NCBI GenBank assembly: GCA_028534125.1
Contig: CM052817.1
Coordinates: 21,950,001 to 22,014,000 of the forward strand
Length of the DNA: 64,000 bases
Direction: 5' to 3'
Origin: Lama glama
Lineage: Eukaryota
The position numbers were made by a program, and so were the translations under genes. The stretch's first letter is position 1. Every line of letters starts with the position of its first letter. Positions 52,760-64,000 of the stretch are shown here, in pieces. The notes below the pieces were generated by a model that saw nothing but the letters and a program-made list of their open reading frames with translations, ran no database searches and was not told where the DNA came from.

Positions 52760-53836
52760 TTAATTTTTTTTATTGAAGTATAGTTGATTTACAAAGTGTT
52801 AGTTTCTGCTGTACAGCATAGTGATTCAGTTATATATATATTCTTTTTCATATTATTTTCTATTATAGGTGATTACAAGATAATGAATATAGTTCTTTGT
52901 GCTATACAATAGGACCTTGTTGCTTATCTATTTTATATATAGTAGTTTCTATCTGCTAATCCCAAACTTGTAATTTATCCCTCCCCCTTCTTCCTGTTTG
53001 GTAACTGCAAGTTTGTTTTCTATGTCTGTGGGTCTGCTTCTGTTTTATAAATAAGTTCACTTGTACTATATTTTAGCTTCCACATATAAGTGATACCATA
53101 TGATATTTGTATTTATCTGTCTGGCTTAACTTCACTTGGTATGATAATTTCTAGGTCCGTGCATATTGCTGCAAATGACATTATTTCATTCTTTTTTATG
53201 GCTGAGTAGTATTCCATGGTGTATATACCACATCTTCTTTATCCATTCATCTGTAGATGGACATTTAGGTTGCTTCCATGTCTTGGATTTTGTAAATAGT
53301 GTTGCTATGAACTTTGGGTGCATGTATCTTCAGACTATAGCTTTCTCTGAATATATGTCCAGTAGTGGGATTGCTAGATCATATGGTAGCTTTATTTTTA
53401 GTGTTTTAAGGAACCTCCATACCATCTTCCATAGTGGCTGCACTAGTTTACATTCCTACCAACAGTGTAGGAAGGTTCCCTTTTTTGCACACCTTCTCCA
53501 GCATTTATTATTTGTTGACTTTTTAATGATGGTCATTCTGACTGGTGTGAGGTGATACCTCATTTCAGTTTTGAGTTGCATTTCTTTGATAATTAGCAAT
53601 GTTGAGCACCTTTTCATGTGCCTGTTAGCCTACTGCATGTCTTCATTCTGACTGGTGTGAGGTGATACCTCATTTCAGTTTTGAGTTGCATTTCTTTGAT
53701 AATTAGCAATGTTGAGCACCTTCTCATGTGCCTGTTAGCCTACTGCATGTCTTCTTTGGAGAAATGTGTGTTTAGGTCTTCTGCTCATTTTTTGGATTGG
53801 ATTTGTGTTGTTGTTGTTGTTACTGAGTTGTATGAG
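52760..53836 (-). mobile_element. 5'-truncated L1 (ORF2 end + 3' UTR) with internal tandem duplication
   Basis: T-run then tattgaagtatagttgatttaca; gatggacatttaggttgcttccatgtcttgg; aggaacctccataccatcttccatagtggctgcac. Confidence 0.93.
53533..53752. repeat. 110-bp tandem duplication, 1 mismatch
   Basis: 53533-53642 and 53643-53752 are identical except T53613/C53723. Confidence 0.95.
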
Positions 53837-55489
53837 CTCAAATTCTTATTTTTGCTTTTGGTACAAAGAAGTTCAACTCTGCTGTTAAATATTATTCAAT
53901 AAAATGTCTTTGCTTAGGAGAGATTTTGAGAAAGTTATTCTCATGATTTTCCCTGTTACATGATTCTTAACATTTAAGAGGGAAAATTAGATGTATTAAA
54001 TTCATGTATCTGCATTTAGTCTGTTCTCAAATTTTTAAACTATTATTATTTTAAATTATCCAATTCAAAGGAGGGAAAGAAGGAGAAAGAGAATAAGAGA
54101 GAGAAAGAGGGGATCTGGGAGGAGGGAGGAAAGAATGGGAAGGAGAAAGGAGAAAAGAGCAAAGAAGAAAGAAATGCATTATTTATTTTAATCAAAATGT
54201 ATGCGGTTTGGGTAATAAAATTAACTATTCTTTGGAGAAAATCATTGACTTCTTCATTGAGGGTGATTAACTCTAAGTGATTTTACAGATTTCAAAAGAA
54301 TAATATAATTAATAATGCTGGAAGGAAATTTGTAGATTATTTGCTCCAACCTCCATATTTCACCCAGAAAGTTTTAATAACTTGTCTGAGACCACTAGCA
54401 TAGCTGACTAATGTCAAAGTGAGAAATAAACCAATAAATTCTACATCTTTAGACTCCCAGGCTAGATTTCTTTGTGTTATTCAGTCCAATAGTCTTTAAA
54501 TTTACACAGCTTTTATACAACATTTCAGGTCTCATTTATACCCAGAATGATCACAATATATAGAAGTTTTATGATTAATCTGTTATCATGCTTAACTTCC
54601 TCAAGTGAAAGGCAAATTCCAATCAGTAAATTTTTATTTTACCACTTTCACAGAGAGGTAAAAAAGAACTTAGCTATCATCTTTAAAATCATTTGATTTG
54701 CTTGAGAGTCATGTTTCTGTGTGTGAGGGTACTAAATTTAATCCTGAAATTAGTTACATCTTTTCTAGTGAGGGAAAGTATGTTAATTATCTGTGTCATA
54801 CAAATTAGTGATTAGTGATCATTAGCAATAACTTTAAAATATGTAATACATAATGATGCTGTTGAAGTTATATTGATGGCTATGTTGGTAAAACAGAATT
54901 CATCCATAACATTTAACTGACTTTAAAGTGCACACTGTATATAAAGCATCTATTTTTTGCACAGAGCCAAAGGAATATATGATTTTTTGATTTCTGTAAC
55001 TAATTCTTGTGTAGAAACATATAGAAACAACCATTTTCACTTCAAGGCAAAAGCCAAACATGACAATATAAAAAAAAAGCAAATAATTTTCAGAATTTTT
55101 TGACAATTTATTTTTCTGTTTTTCATTATTGTTGGTCTATATTTATAGCTGCTCTTCATAGCTTGCTCTTTAGTAAAATACAGTCTTTCTGTATACCCTG
55201 TATTAAATATATTTGGACTTGTACAGTCCTATGTGAATTCTCATCCTATTCATCTAGCTAGTCACTTAATATTTATTAAACAAGCAAAAAAAAAAGTGAT
55301 ACAGATAGCTGTAGAAAACATGTCTCTGTCCTAAAGATATCACACATTCTAGGAGTAAAAACAAACTAGTAAACAGGTAATTGCAATGTGAACAATGTAA
55401 TACAACAAAGCATGAGCAAATTACTGCAGGATACAGAAAAGAGAGGAGTTAATTCTACTCAAAGTAATGGAGTAAACTTTGCCAAAAAC

Positions 55490-56452
55490 CAAACTGGTTC
55501 AAATCAGGGCATAGAACCCATCAGTGACTTAAAAGGGGATGTTTTAATATAAAGAAGTGTTAAGTATTGATAGTAGAGTGACTAGATGTGAAGATAACTC
55601 TAAAGAGGAGTCCAGGGATGAGGGAGGATACCCAGAAAAGTACAAATTCGAAGGTGGGGGCCCATCCAAAAGATGGGTTCACTGCTTATTTTTTTTATTG
55701 AAGTATAGTTGAATTACAATGTTATGTTAGTTTCTGGTGTACAGCATAGTGATTCATAAATATTTTTTTCATATTCTTTTTCATTGTAGGTTATTACAGG
55801 TTATTGAATATAGTCTTCAGTGCTATACAGTAGGACCTTGTTGTTTGATTTACTGCTTATTCATAAGGGTGTTTTTAGAGCCTACTGGCTGGTCATGAAG
55901 CTCACTGGGTTGCCCAAGCTAGAGTTGGTCCACAATCACCAGGCAAACAGGAAGCAATCCTTTGGAGTGTAGATGAGCTGCTATCATTGAGGGGTATGAA
56001 GAGGAAGTTGATGTGTCTCTGCAGTAGATGGCCTGAAGCTTGTTATGTCCACATTGGAAGGGCCTCAAGAGACAGATTTCCAGGGCAGTAGCCATGTAGA
56101 GAAAGTCAGAGGCAGCACTGTGGACTGGAGGTCTAGAGTGCCAGCTTCCAAGTTGAGAGTATCACAGAAAGGTGATCATCAGTCTGACACAGTTTTTTGA
56201 GATTGCAGAGGAACCACGGGTGAACCAGAGCACCACTGACTATCTTCACATCCATAATGCTGACCCATTGTGCAGCAGCTGTAACTTGCAAGAGAAGCCT
56301 CTTTCTTCCTGCAATATCCTTCCAGTACTCTCTTCTATGAAGGTAACCTGGGCACACTTTAGAGGAGAAATCCTGAAAGGAATTCCAGCCTTTACTCCAG
56401 AGCAGATATTAAGGGGTGAAGTTGAAGCTGAGATACAATGAACTGATAAAGG
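55490..56452 (-). mobile_element. Ancient LTR (LTR78/LTR79-like), interrupted by a short L1 end
   Basis: atcagggcatagaaccca...ttaatataaagaagtgttaa at one end; aggagaaat...ccagcc...gagcagatattaaggggtgaagttgaagctgagatacaat at the other. Confidence 0.6.
55691..55851 (-). mobile_element. Short L1 3'-end insertion with TSD
   Basis: tttttttattgaagtatagttgaattacaatg...taggaccttgttgttt. TSD ACTGCTTATT at 55681-55690 and 55852-55861. Confidence 0.9.
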
Positions 56453-56959
56453 AAAAAGAGGAGTGGGAAAAAATTAACCAAAATATATTTGACACAAAGA
56501 AAACCCCTATTTAAATGATACATCTAGACTTTTTTTCTCCGATTCCAAATGAAACCCCCAAATCTCCTTTAATATATACAGCAAACATATGATAAAAATT
56601 AATGACCCTGTTTTATTTCTGATAATAAAATAATGCCTGGATATAGGAAAGACTTTTTCATGAACCCAAAGATGCTAAGATGAGGAAAGAGTTTGTATTC
56701 TTGTATCTCTGGCTTAAAACTATTTGGCCTTAAGAAAAGTGATACCCTACCTTTTTAGGCTTATATAGTCAGGATTTATTATGGTGTCTTCAGATTAATG
56801 AATCATCTACTTTGATTATTGAGAAGTTATGAGTCTTTCACTTTAAAATTTCAAATTCACTTTCTTAAAAATAAGGGAAAAATACCATAACCAACCCTAC
56901 TGACTCAATTATTACTCTAAGTTTGAATATTTAACTTCAGCAAAGTTACTATTGGGCAT

Positions 56960-57275
56960 TAAATTTTTATATATTATATATATATGTTTTATATATTTGT
57001 AAGTTATATTTATATATATTTTATGTATATATCTCTTCACACTCATGTATGTATATGTATATACATATGAATAGTCACAGAAATATGTCATATATAATTT
57101 GTATTTAAATATATTCATATTATATAATATAATTGTATAAAGTTTTATATACTTAAATGTACATAGATTTATATATAAATATGTTATATATTATATATTT
57201 ATGTACTATATAAGTATAAAATTCATATATATGAAGCTTTATTGTATATATGTGACTATATGCATATATAACTTT
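56960..57275. repeat. Degenerate (TA)n-rich low-complexity tract
   Basis: Directly visible. Confidence 0.85.
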
Positions 57276-57589
57276 AATGCCACTTATGTGGTTGGAATAT
57301 GTTACTTCTGTGATTGGAAATGCAGAAATAAATTTTATTTTGAGATTGCCTAGGGAATAAAAAGTTGTACAATTAAAACAGTCTTCTTGACAACGACATG
57401 CACACTAATCAGTGTTCAAAAACTTCTTATGTATGATTAACATGATCTATTTTGAAGATTCAAAGTGTAGTAAAGGTATTCAAATTGCAAAAAAAGAAAT
57501 TAGCAGTATAGTCTGGTATATTTTAGGCAGATATGAGGATAGCAAGTGTATATTTGAAATAATACAGTATTCAAACTTTTGGCTTCAAG

Positions 57590-57790
57590 AAGGTTGACAA
57601 CAGTGACTATTGACTATGACTATAATGAGTGCAGCTGTGTTATGTGTAAGAGATCTAGGAAATTCACTCCTCTGATATTGAGTTTTCTCACCTATAAAAT
57701 GTTGAATCTTATATTTACTCTCACATAGTTTGTGATGATTAAATGAGATTAAATATTTGAATATATCTAGAACTGTGGATATATGTAATA
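57590..57790 (+). mobile_element. MIR fragment
   Basis: attcactcctctgatattgagttttctcacctataaaatg...tgtgatgattaaatgagat...ctagaactgtg. Confidence 0.7.
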
Positions 57791-57889
57791 TTTGCTATTT
57801 TAAATCCTAATCTTTGAGAAGCTAGTGACTAAAAGCCTAAAAAGACCGCTCCAACTTTGACTCCTTAGAAATTATGCCTTACTCATTCT

Positions 57890-58000
57890 TGAAATAAATA
57901 TTTATCAAGTGCCTAATAAGTACTAGGCCATGTTTTATGCATATGAAGTAAAACAGAAACAAAACAAATCCTTGACTTTATGGAGCTTGTATTCTGGAAA
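57890..58000 (-). mobile_element. L2 3' end
   Basis: aaatatttatcaagtgcctaataagtactaggccatgtt...ccttgactttatggagcttgtattct. Confidence 0.7.
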
Positions 58001-59370
58001 TCTTCAGTAAAAAAACTATTTTTAATTCCTTATTTGAGGCACCACTTATTTGCATAACACTTTGCTCATTCCTGATATCATGCAGATGGGAAATTACATA
58101 AGATCACATTCTAAAAATATTAGATTATAATCTATTTTAGAGATAAAATGTATATCTTACTTAATTATAAATTATTTGATCTTTAAACTTGAATAAAAAT
58201 TCTATCTTCACTTGTTTCTGTGTGACATTGAAAACTATATTATCATCAGATACTCAGTTTTTAAAGTGTAAGTTGTCACTAAAATACTTGACTTAACAGA
58301 ATTTTAGTGAAGATAAGTGTGATATTACCTAGAATACTGTCTAAAAAATATTATATGTTAAATATAGATGGCTGTTTTTATATAAACTTAATATCCACAT
58401 ACTTATGAGATGGAGAGTTTTATCTCCACAGTGTAAGATGACTTAAATATTCAATCTAAGAGCTGAGATATTATGGGATGTTTTTAAATATTTGTCAAAT
58501 GTTAAGATTACTATAGGATCAAAAGAAAGATGGCTGCAAAGATGATCATCCCATCCAGAATTTACACATTTCAAATCTGAAAAATCCATAAATTTTCAAA
58601 TGCCAGGAAGAATAAATTATGTAGCTTTTCATTATCTGCTTGATTACACTTAGTCAGCCTACAAGAATTCTGAAAATAAGTGTGTGTGCTTATTACTATG
58701 TATATATCTGAAAAATGCAAGATAGGAATATGGTTCAAATTATTAAAATTTAGAAAATAAACTATAATAATAAAGATTAAATTGAAAATACATAGCTTTT
58801 TGATGTTGTCCCTGGGTTTATAGTCTTTAGTCTGCCATGTTAGAAGTCCTTTAGTATTCCCAAAATAATACCATTAAGACTGAGCCTTCAATATAATAAA
58901 AGAAAAGGGAATCAAGACAGATGCATCCTTAGCATGGCTAATATAGGAAAATGTATAACAAAATATATGGCAAAAAGATAGTAGGTAAACCAAATCTCAA
59001 TTAAAATAATATTCCTTGATAAATTATGTTGATTAAAGGAAATGGTATAAAAGCAACATTAGGTCGACCATCTGCAGTCAGGGAATTTGAAAATTAATCG
59101 GGAAAAGGAAATGTAGGTAGTTTCCTCTTTCCAGACATAATGTGCTTTGGTTAAGTATGTAAAAACCAAGTAACAGGCTTACAGATTATTAAGGGCAACT
59201 ACTGAAAAAGAATATTTTAAACTCTAATTACCCTTCACTTGTAGAGCATGAGAGTAGACGATTTTTAGCTCTAATTCCAGTTCTGTTAACAACACCTCTT
59301 CGATTCCAACTCAGAAGGGCTGCCTACAGCATGGGGAGGGCATTTTTCAATACCAATATATTGAGTTTTT

Positions 59371-59482
59371 TAATTTGCATATTCATAACACAGCAAGATA
59401 GATGTGGGTAGAAGAGTCAGCATCAGCACTCATCATATCAATGATTAACATTCTAAGGTTTTCTAATTTGCATATAGCCAAT
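59371..59482. promoter_or_regulatory. Paired POU octamer motifs plus CCAAT
   Basis: TAATTTGCATAT at 59371-59382 and 59464-59475; CCAAT at 59478-59482. Function untested. Confidence 0.3.
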
Positions 59483-59851
59483 CACCAACAACCCTAGGGA
59501 AATCAACCACAGAAGAGGAGTTCTCCATTATAGCAAATAGGAATCCTGAGCTATCATGCTTCATGGCACTTGCTTCCACAACAGAATGAATATTCTTTCC
59601 TTTCCTAAGGCTTTATGGTATGAGAAAACATCTGTTCCAATCAATTGACCAGAACAAGTGATTAAGATATGGTGGTCTTGAAACCCAAGCACAAAGAAGT
59701 TTTGTATGTGAGTGCTGTACATATTAAGAAGGGTTAATCTAGATTATAACATGGTTTACTACATGCCTTAAACCTACTAAGAATGAAAAGGACTTTAAAA
59801 TATAATATTTAATGTTATATATCTGATACTTCATATATGTTCTTTAATATG

Positions 59852-60175
59852 TGTTGACCTGAAATAATAATCTGGCAGATATTTGCCCAGCAAAGATGGG
59901 TTTATTTGGGATCAGCAGAGATCTGCAATTCTGGGTCTGCATCCTTGGTGAGTCACATGCAAGTTCCCACATAGCAAGAGAAGGAGAACACTCTATAGAG
60001 AGGAAAAGGGGATTTGGTGATCTACAGTAAACAGAGAGCCCATAGCTTTTCATTGCCTGAGTCCTTGCCGGGAAAGAAGACTCTTTCTTCTTCCTGTTGG
60101 GCTTTGTTAGCATTACAGGGCATGAAAGTCTCCCAATTCTATTTAATTGAGGTTTCTCTTTATGAATTTTTTACA
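59852..60175 (-). mobile_element. ERV1-class solo LTR, 324 bp
   Basis: TG...CA termini with 4-bp TSD TATG (59848-59851, 60176-60179). AATAAA on the minus strand at 59901-59906, ~50 bp from the end. Confidence 0.85.
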
Positions 60176-62699
60176 TATGCTACTTATCTTGTCCAATTAA
60201 ACACAAGAATCTGAAACTTTAATTTAGTAATTTCTGTTTTTGTGGAGGTTGCAGATAAGATTTCTGAATATTTTAATACTCTAATATATTGAAATATTCT
60301 AAAGTAAATGACAGTGCATAACTATAAATAGCTACAAAAAAGTAAATATATTTATGAGTGTTTATAAGTAATCAATATTAATTAGCAAACATTTTTTAAG
60401 AGTTTACCTTATTAATTACAGGTCAAATATGGTAGCAGTAATAATTCAAATATTACTTGTTTTGCTACTCTTTATGGAAATATCTTTATAGAAATAAGGT
60501 AATAGACAGGAAAACTCAACAGAGCTTGAAAATCTCAAATAGCAGTGATCATTGTAGTGAAATTAAACCATTGAAAACTCCTTGAACAGTTTGAAATATG
60601 TATGAGGAAAGACTGGTGTTAGTTTTAAAAACTGAATCCATATCCATTTCTGATTGATGTATTATAACAATTCATAATAATTAATAATCCAGTTAGATGT
60701 GTTCTCTTAAAAAATTTAGTTAAAATTTGAAAGTCTACAAATGCTCCTGAGTGCATTAGCTTTTACTGCCAGACAATACATCATAAGAAAAAAATTCAAC
60801 CAAATGACTTTTCAGTGCAGACAACAAAAAGCTTTTATAAACACATTAATGATGGAAATAGTGTTTTTCACTCAGTATGTACTGAAGCATAATGAAGTTA
60901 GGCCTCCAAACCAAAATATATTTTCCCTCAGGGAAAAACAATCATTTAAACAGCCATTGATTTGTTACCTAGAGCCTTGACACTTTATGATGAGCCTTTT
61001 CAAAGCAGACTCATTTTACTTATCTGATAATGAATAATGCATATAAGAGAAGAAAAAATATTGTCTCCCAGGAAATATTTGCCTTATCAAGCACTGAAAT
61101 TTTTGTACATTTAACATATGTTTACAGATCAAACATTGCATTACAAGCGTTAAAATATTCATAAATCTGTTTTAATCATGTTTAGTTAGAAATAAACAGT
61201 GTTCATGAGACATGTTATAGACTATATTATTCCCCTCAGCTCCAAATTGTTGCATTTGGTATTCTTTTAATGCAAAATATTTTGAAAATTTTATAGAAAT
61301 TTTGACACTTTAATCAACACCTATATACTCAAGATAGCTATTTTAGCAATTAAGATTTTTTTTCTTAATTCTTACAGTGGAATATAAAATATGAAGCAAC
61401 ATACACTAAGTTAAAAAGAGCTATTTATTTTATAGAAATAAAAATTAATCTAATTTGCATGTTTTTAACAAAGTCCCCTTAATATTTACTCATGAACCAA
61501 AGGGGAACAAATATACAACATTATGAAACTGTGTAATAACTTGTGAATATAAAATATAAATGATAACAAATCAAAAAAAGAGGGTAAGTTAAATGTCAAA
61601 ACAAGGTAAGAAAAAAAGTGAAAACTGAAAATTTACTTATAAATTACAATATGCCAACATTTTGTTTTTCTCTTACAAATGGTTAGTACTTTGCAAAAGG
61701 CTGCAATGAACTCTTAAAGTCTCCTTAAGATTCCTAAAGGCTCATTAAGATGCTTAAAGGATCATTTTACTAGTGAGAAATATGGAGGTAATTTTATATT
61801 GTAATTTTTATTATAACTTCTATTAATTTATCTTACAAAAATTTTAACTTTTCTTACAAATTAATCAATTTTAGAATTTAAAATAAACTATAGGTTTTGA
61901 GGATGGAAATAAGGTCTGAGAAACAAGATATTTAACCTGTGTATTATTGGAAGGTACACAGAAAGACGTTCTTGTTAGACTTCATTCCTTACTCTAGGGA
62001 AGACTGTTTGTTTGACTATAACCAAGTCAATAAATGAAAGAACTAGACTAAATGTTTTTCTGGCTATAATTTGAATCTATGCCTCTATGGCTGCTAAAGT
62101 AATTCTATGACATTTGGGACATCTGTTCACTTTTTCCTTGGGACTGTTGTTTTGACTGTGTCTGGGTCACTTTAAAATAATTCTGAATAAATTAGCTTTA
62201 TTCTATGCACTAGGGAGGTTAGTCAGCATTTGAAGCATCTTAATCAGGATACAATCCAGAAATGGTTAGGTAGTTTTTGAAAGACCTATTCAGGTGTCTT
62301 ACTCCAAGATGGAAAGGGAAATTTTAAAATATCATGTTCCATATTTGTGTCTAGGGATTTACTAAATGGCATAAGGGATGTTAAAAACTATTTTCCATTG
62401 ATCAGACTATATTGTTATAGAATTTGCTAGAAAGATGATTCAGGTTCCAGTTTACAAACAGGGCATAAGAGTTCAGCAAGACCAGAAATAGCCTTCTGAA
62501 TGATGGTATAGGTCCTGAGTTTGTTTGTTCAGGGCCCCAGAACTTCACCCTCATGGAAATTGTCATTGTGCTATGATCAGAGAGCAAGGACTTCCCTAAG
62601 CTTATATCAAAAGATGAAGCAACTGTTTTTGTGCTTGGTTTTTACTTAATGGTTGTCTTTTTGACAGAATTTAGTCAAAATTTTAATTTCAATATAGCA

Positions 62700-64000
62700 T
62701 GTCAACTCCTAGCAAGATATGCAAAAGGAGAAAAATAGCCTCTACCTCTTTCTAATTCTGGGGTCTCTTGACTTTCTTCAGAGTAACCTGACAATTCCAA
62801 GCCTCAGTTAAAGCAGTTTTCAACGGGTCCCAGTGTAAGAGTTTTGCATGTAATAAAGCTTATATGACTTCAAAAAGATAACACATAAACAGAGTATGTG
62901 TGCTAATGAAGTGAGAATGCTTTTTGTCTCCATATTTGAAATATAGTATTCTACAAACCCTAAGCCTGCCAAGGAGTTATGTTCTTTAATCATCTGTAAA
63001 GCTATGAACCCTGTATGCCAGGTACCAGGCCATTTTTCCCAAGAAGGCTTAGTAAACATTGGCTCCATGAAGTCAACCTTAGTTATTTAAAAGTGTCTAG
63101 TCATATCTGAATCAAGTATCATTTTCAAATATGACATTCCACTCAAAACTTTGGTTACAAACCAATGTTTCCAATTATGTTCAGCTAACAAGGAGTCCAG
63201 ATTCTTGTTGAACCCATGCCAGTAATTATATTGCCATGTAAATAAGAATATAGGAAATTCCAAATTCTGGAGGGATCCAGCAGGGAGTAAAACATTTATG
63301 TTTTTCTCCCATTTACAAAATGCATAGTATATTAAAAATTGTATAAGTTATAAATAGCTTAAGAGAAAAAATCCTTATTTCCATAAAATTGAGCATTAAA
63401 ACATCAGTAATATTCCAAAAGAAACCCATAATCACCCCTCCTCCTTTCTTTCAGTCCTATGAAACGAATTCTTGCTTCACCCATCTTGGGTTGGCAATCT
63501 AATGAATCCATAACCTTCTCAATTAGAATTCTAGAAACCCTGACTCCATACAGTTGTAGGATCTCCAAGTTATTTAAGCAGCATCATCAGAAACCTGTGC
63601 CCAAAAGTATGTGGTGTAGTCCTTACCATGGGTCTCTGATAAAGCCCTTTTTTGTTGAAGCTGAAGCACTCTGGCCGATGGCTGATTGCAAGCACTATCG
63701 TTGAAGTATCAGAGTAAAACTCTCCGCAGATTACTAAAGTGTTAAAGTGACTGATGGAGGCTTATTACAAAAATAAGGCAATTATTGAGGAAATCTGGTT
63801 GTTTCTATGACATGCAACATTTTAAAAAATAACTGAAATTATGACTGATAACACTCTACTGTTGACTAATATCAGGCAAAGCACCATCAGGACTCTGATA
63901 AATATAAACATCATGAACAGCAAGGACATTATCAGATCTCTCACTTCATACACTTTCTGAAATATTTATATTTAACAACATTTTACCCATACAGATTTAA
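62700..64000 (-). mobile_element. ERV1 (MER4-group-like) internal sequence, runs off the window end
   Basis: attggctccatgaagtcaaccttagtt, ttttcaaatatgacattccactcaaaactttgg, accaatgtttccaattatgt, agattcttgttgaac, caaattctggagggatc, aataactgaaattatgactgataaca resemble MER4-group internal consensus in antisense. Left boundary uncertain. Confidence 0.7.

Noticed and set aside
1..64000. A novel multi-gene system, operon or intact retroviral/L1 coding unit
   Set aside because: No long intact ORF, CpG island or exon chain is visible; all recognisable coding remnants are broken TE sequence.

Overview
AT-rich mammalian nuclear DNA, intergenic or deep intronic, with no recognisable protein-coding gene, rRNA, true tRNA, CpG island or CRISPR array. 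Two copies of a tRNA-derived SINE matching the camelid vic-1 type, plus cetartiodactyl-type L1 3' UTRs, point to a camel/alpaca/llama genome (inference from repeat recognition). The annotatable content is almost all transposable elements: L1, ERV1/ERVL/MaLR LTRs and internal fragments, MIR, L2, MER58A and MER5. The supplied ORFs are L1 remnants or chance. The most interesting structure is a TSD-flanked 3.7-kb L1 with both ends but a short, possibly spliced 5' UTR and an in-frame loss of the whole RT domain. Also notable are a twin-primed inverted L1, a second ancient inverted L1 with a similar breakpoint, an LTR-like insert nested in another LTR, a recent 110-bp tandem duplication, and a few candidate regulatory motifs and exons. 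I found no well-supported novel gene system. Repeat family names come from recalled consensus sequences, not a database search, and boundaries without TSDs are approximate.
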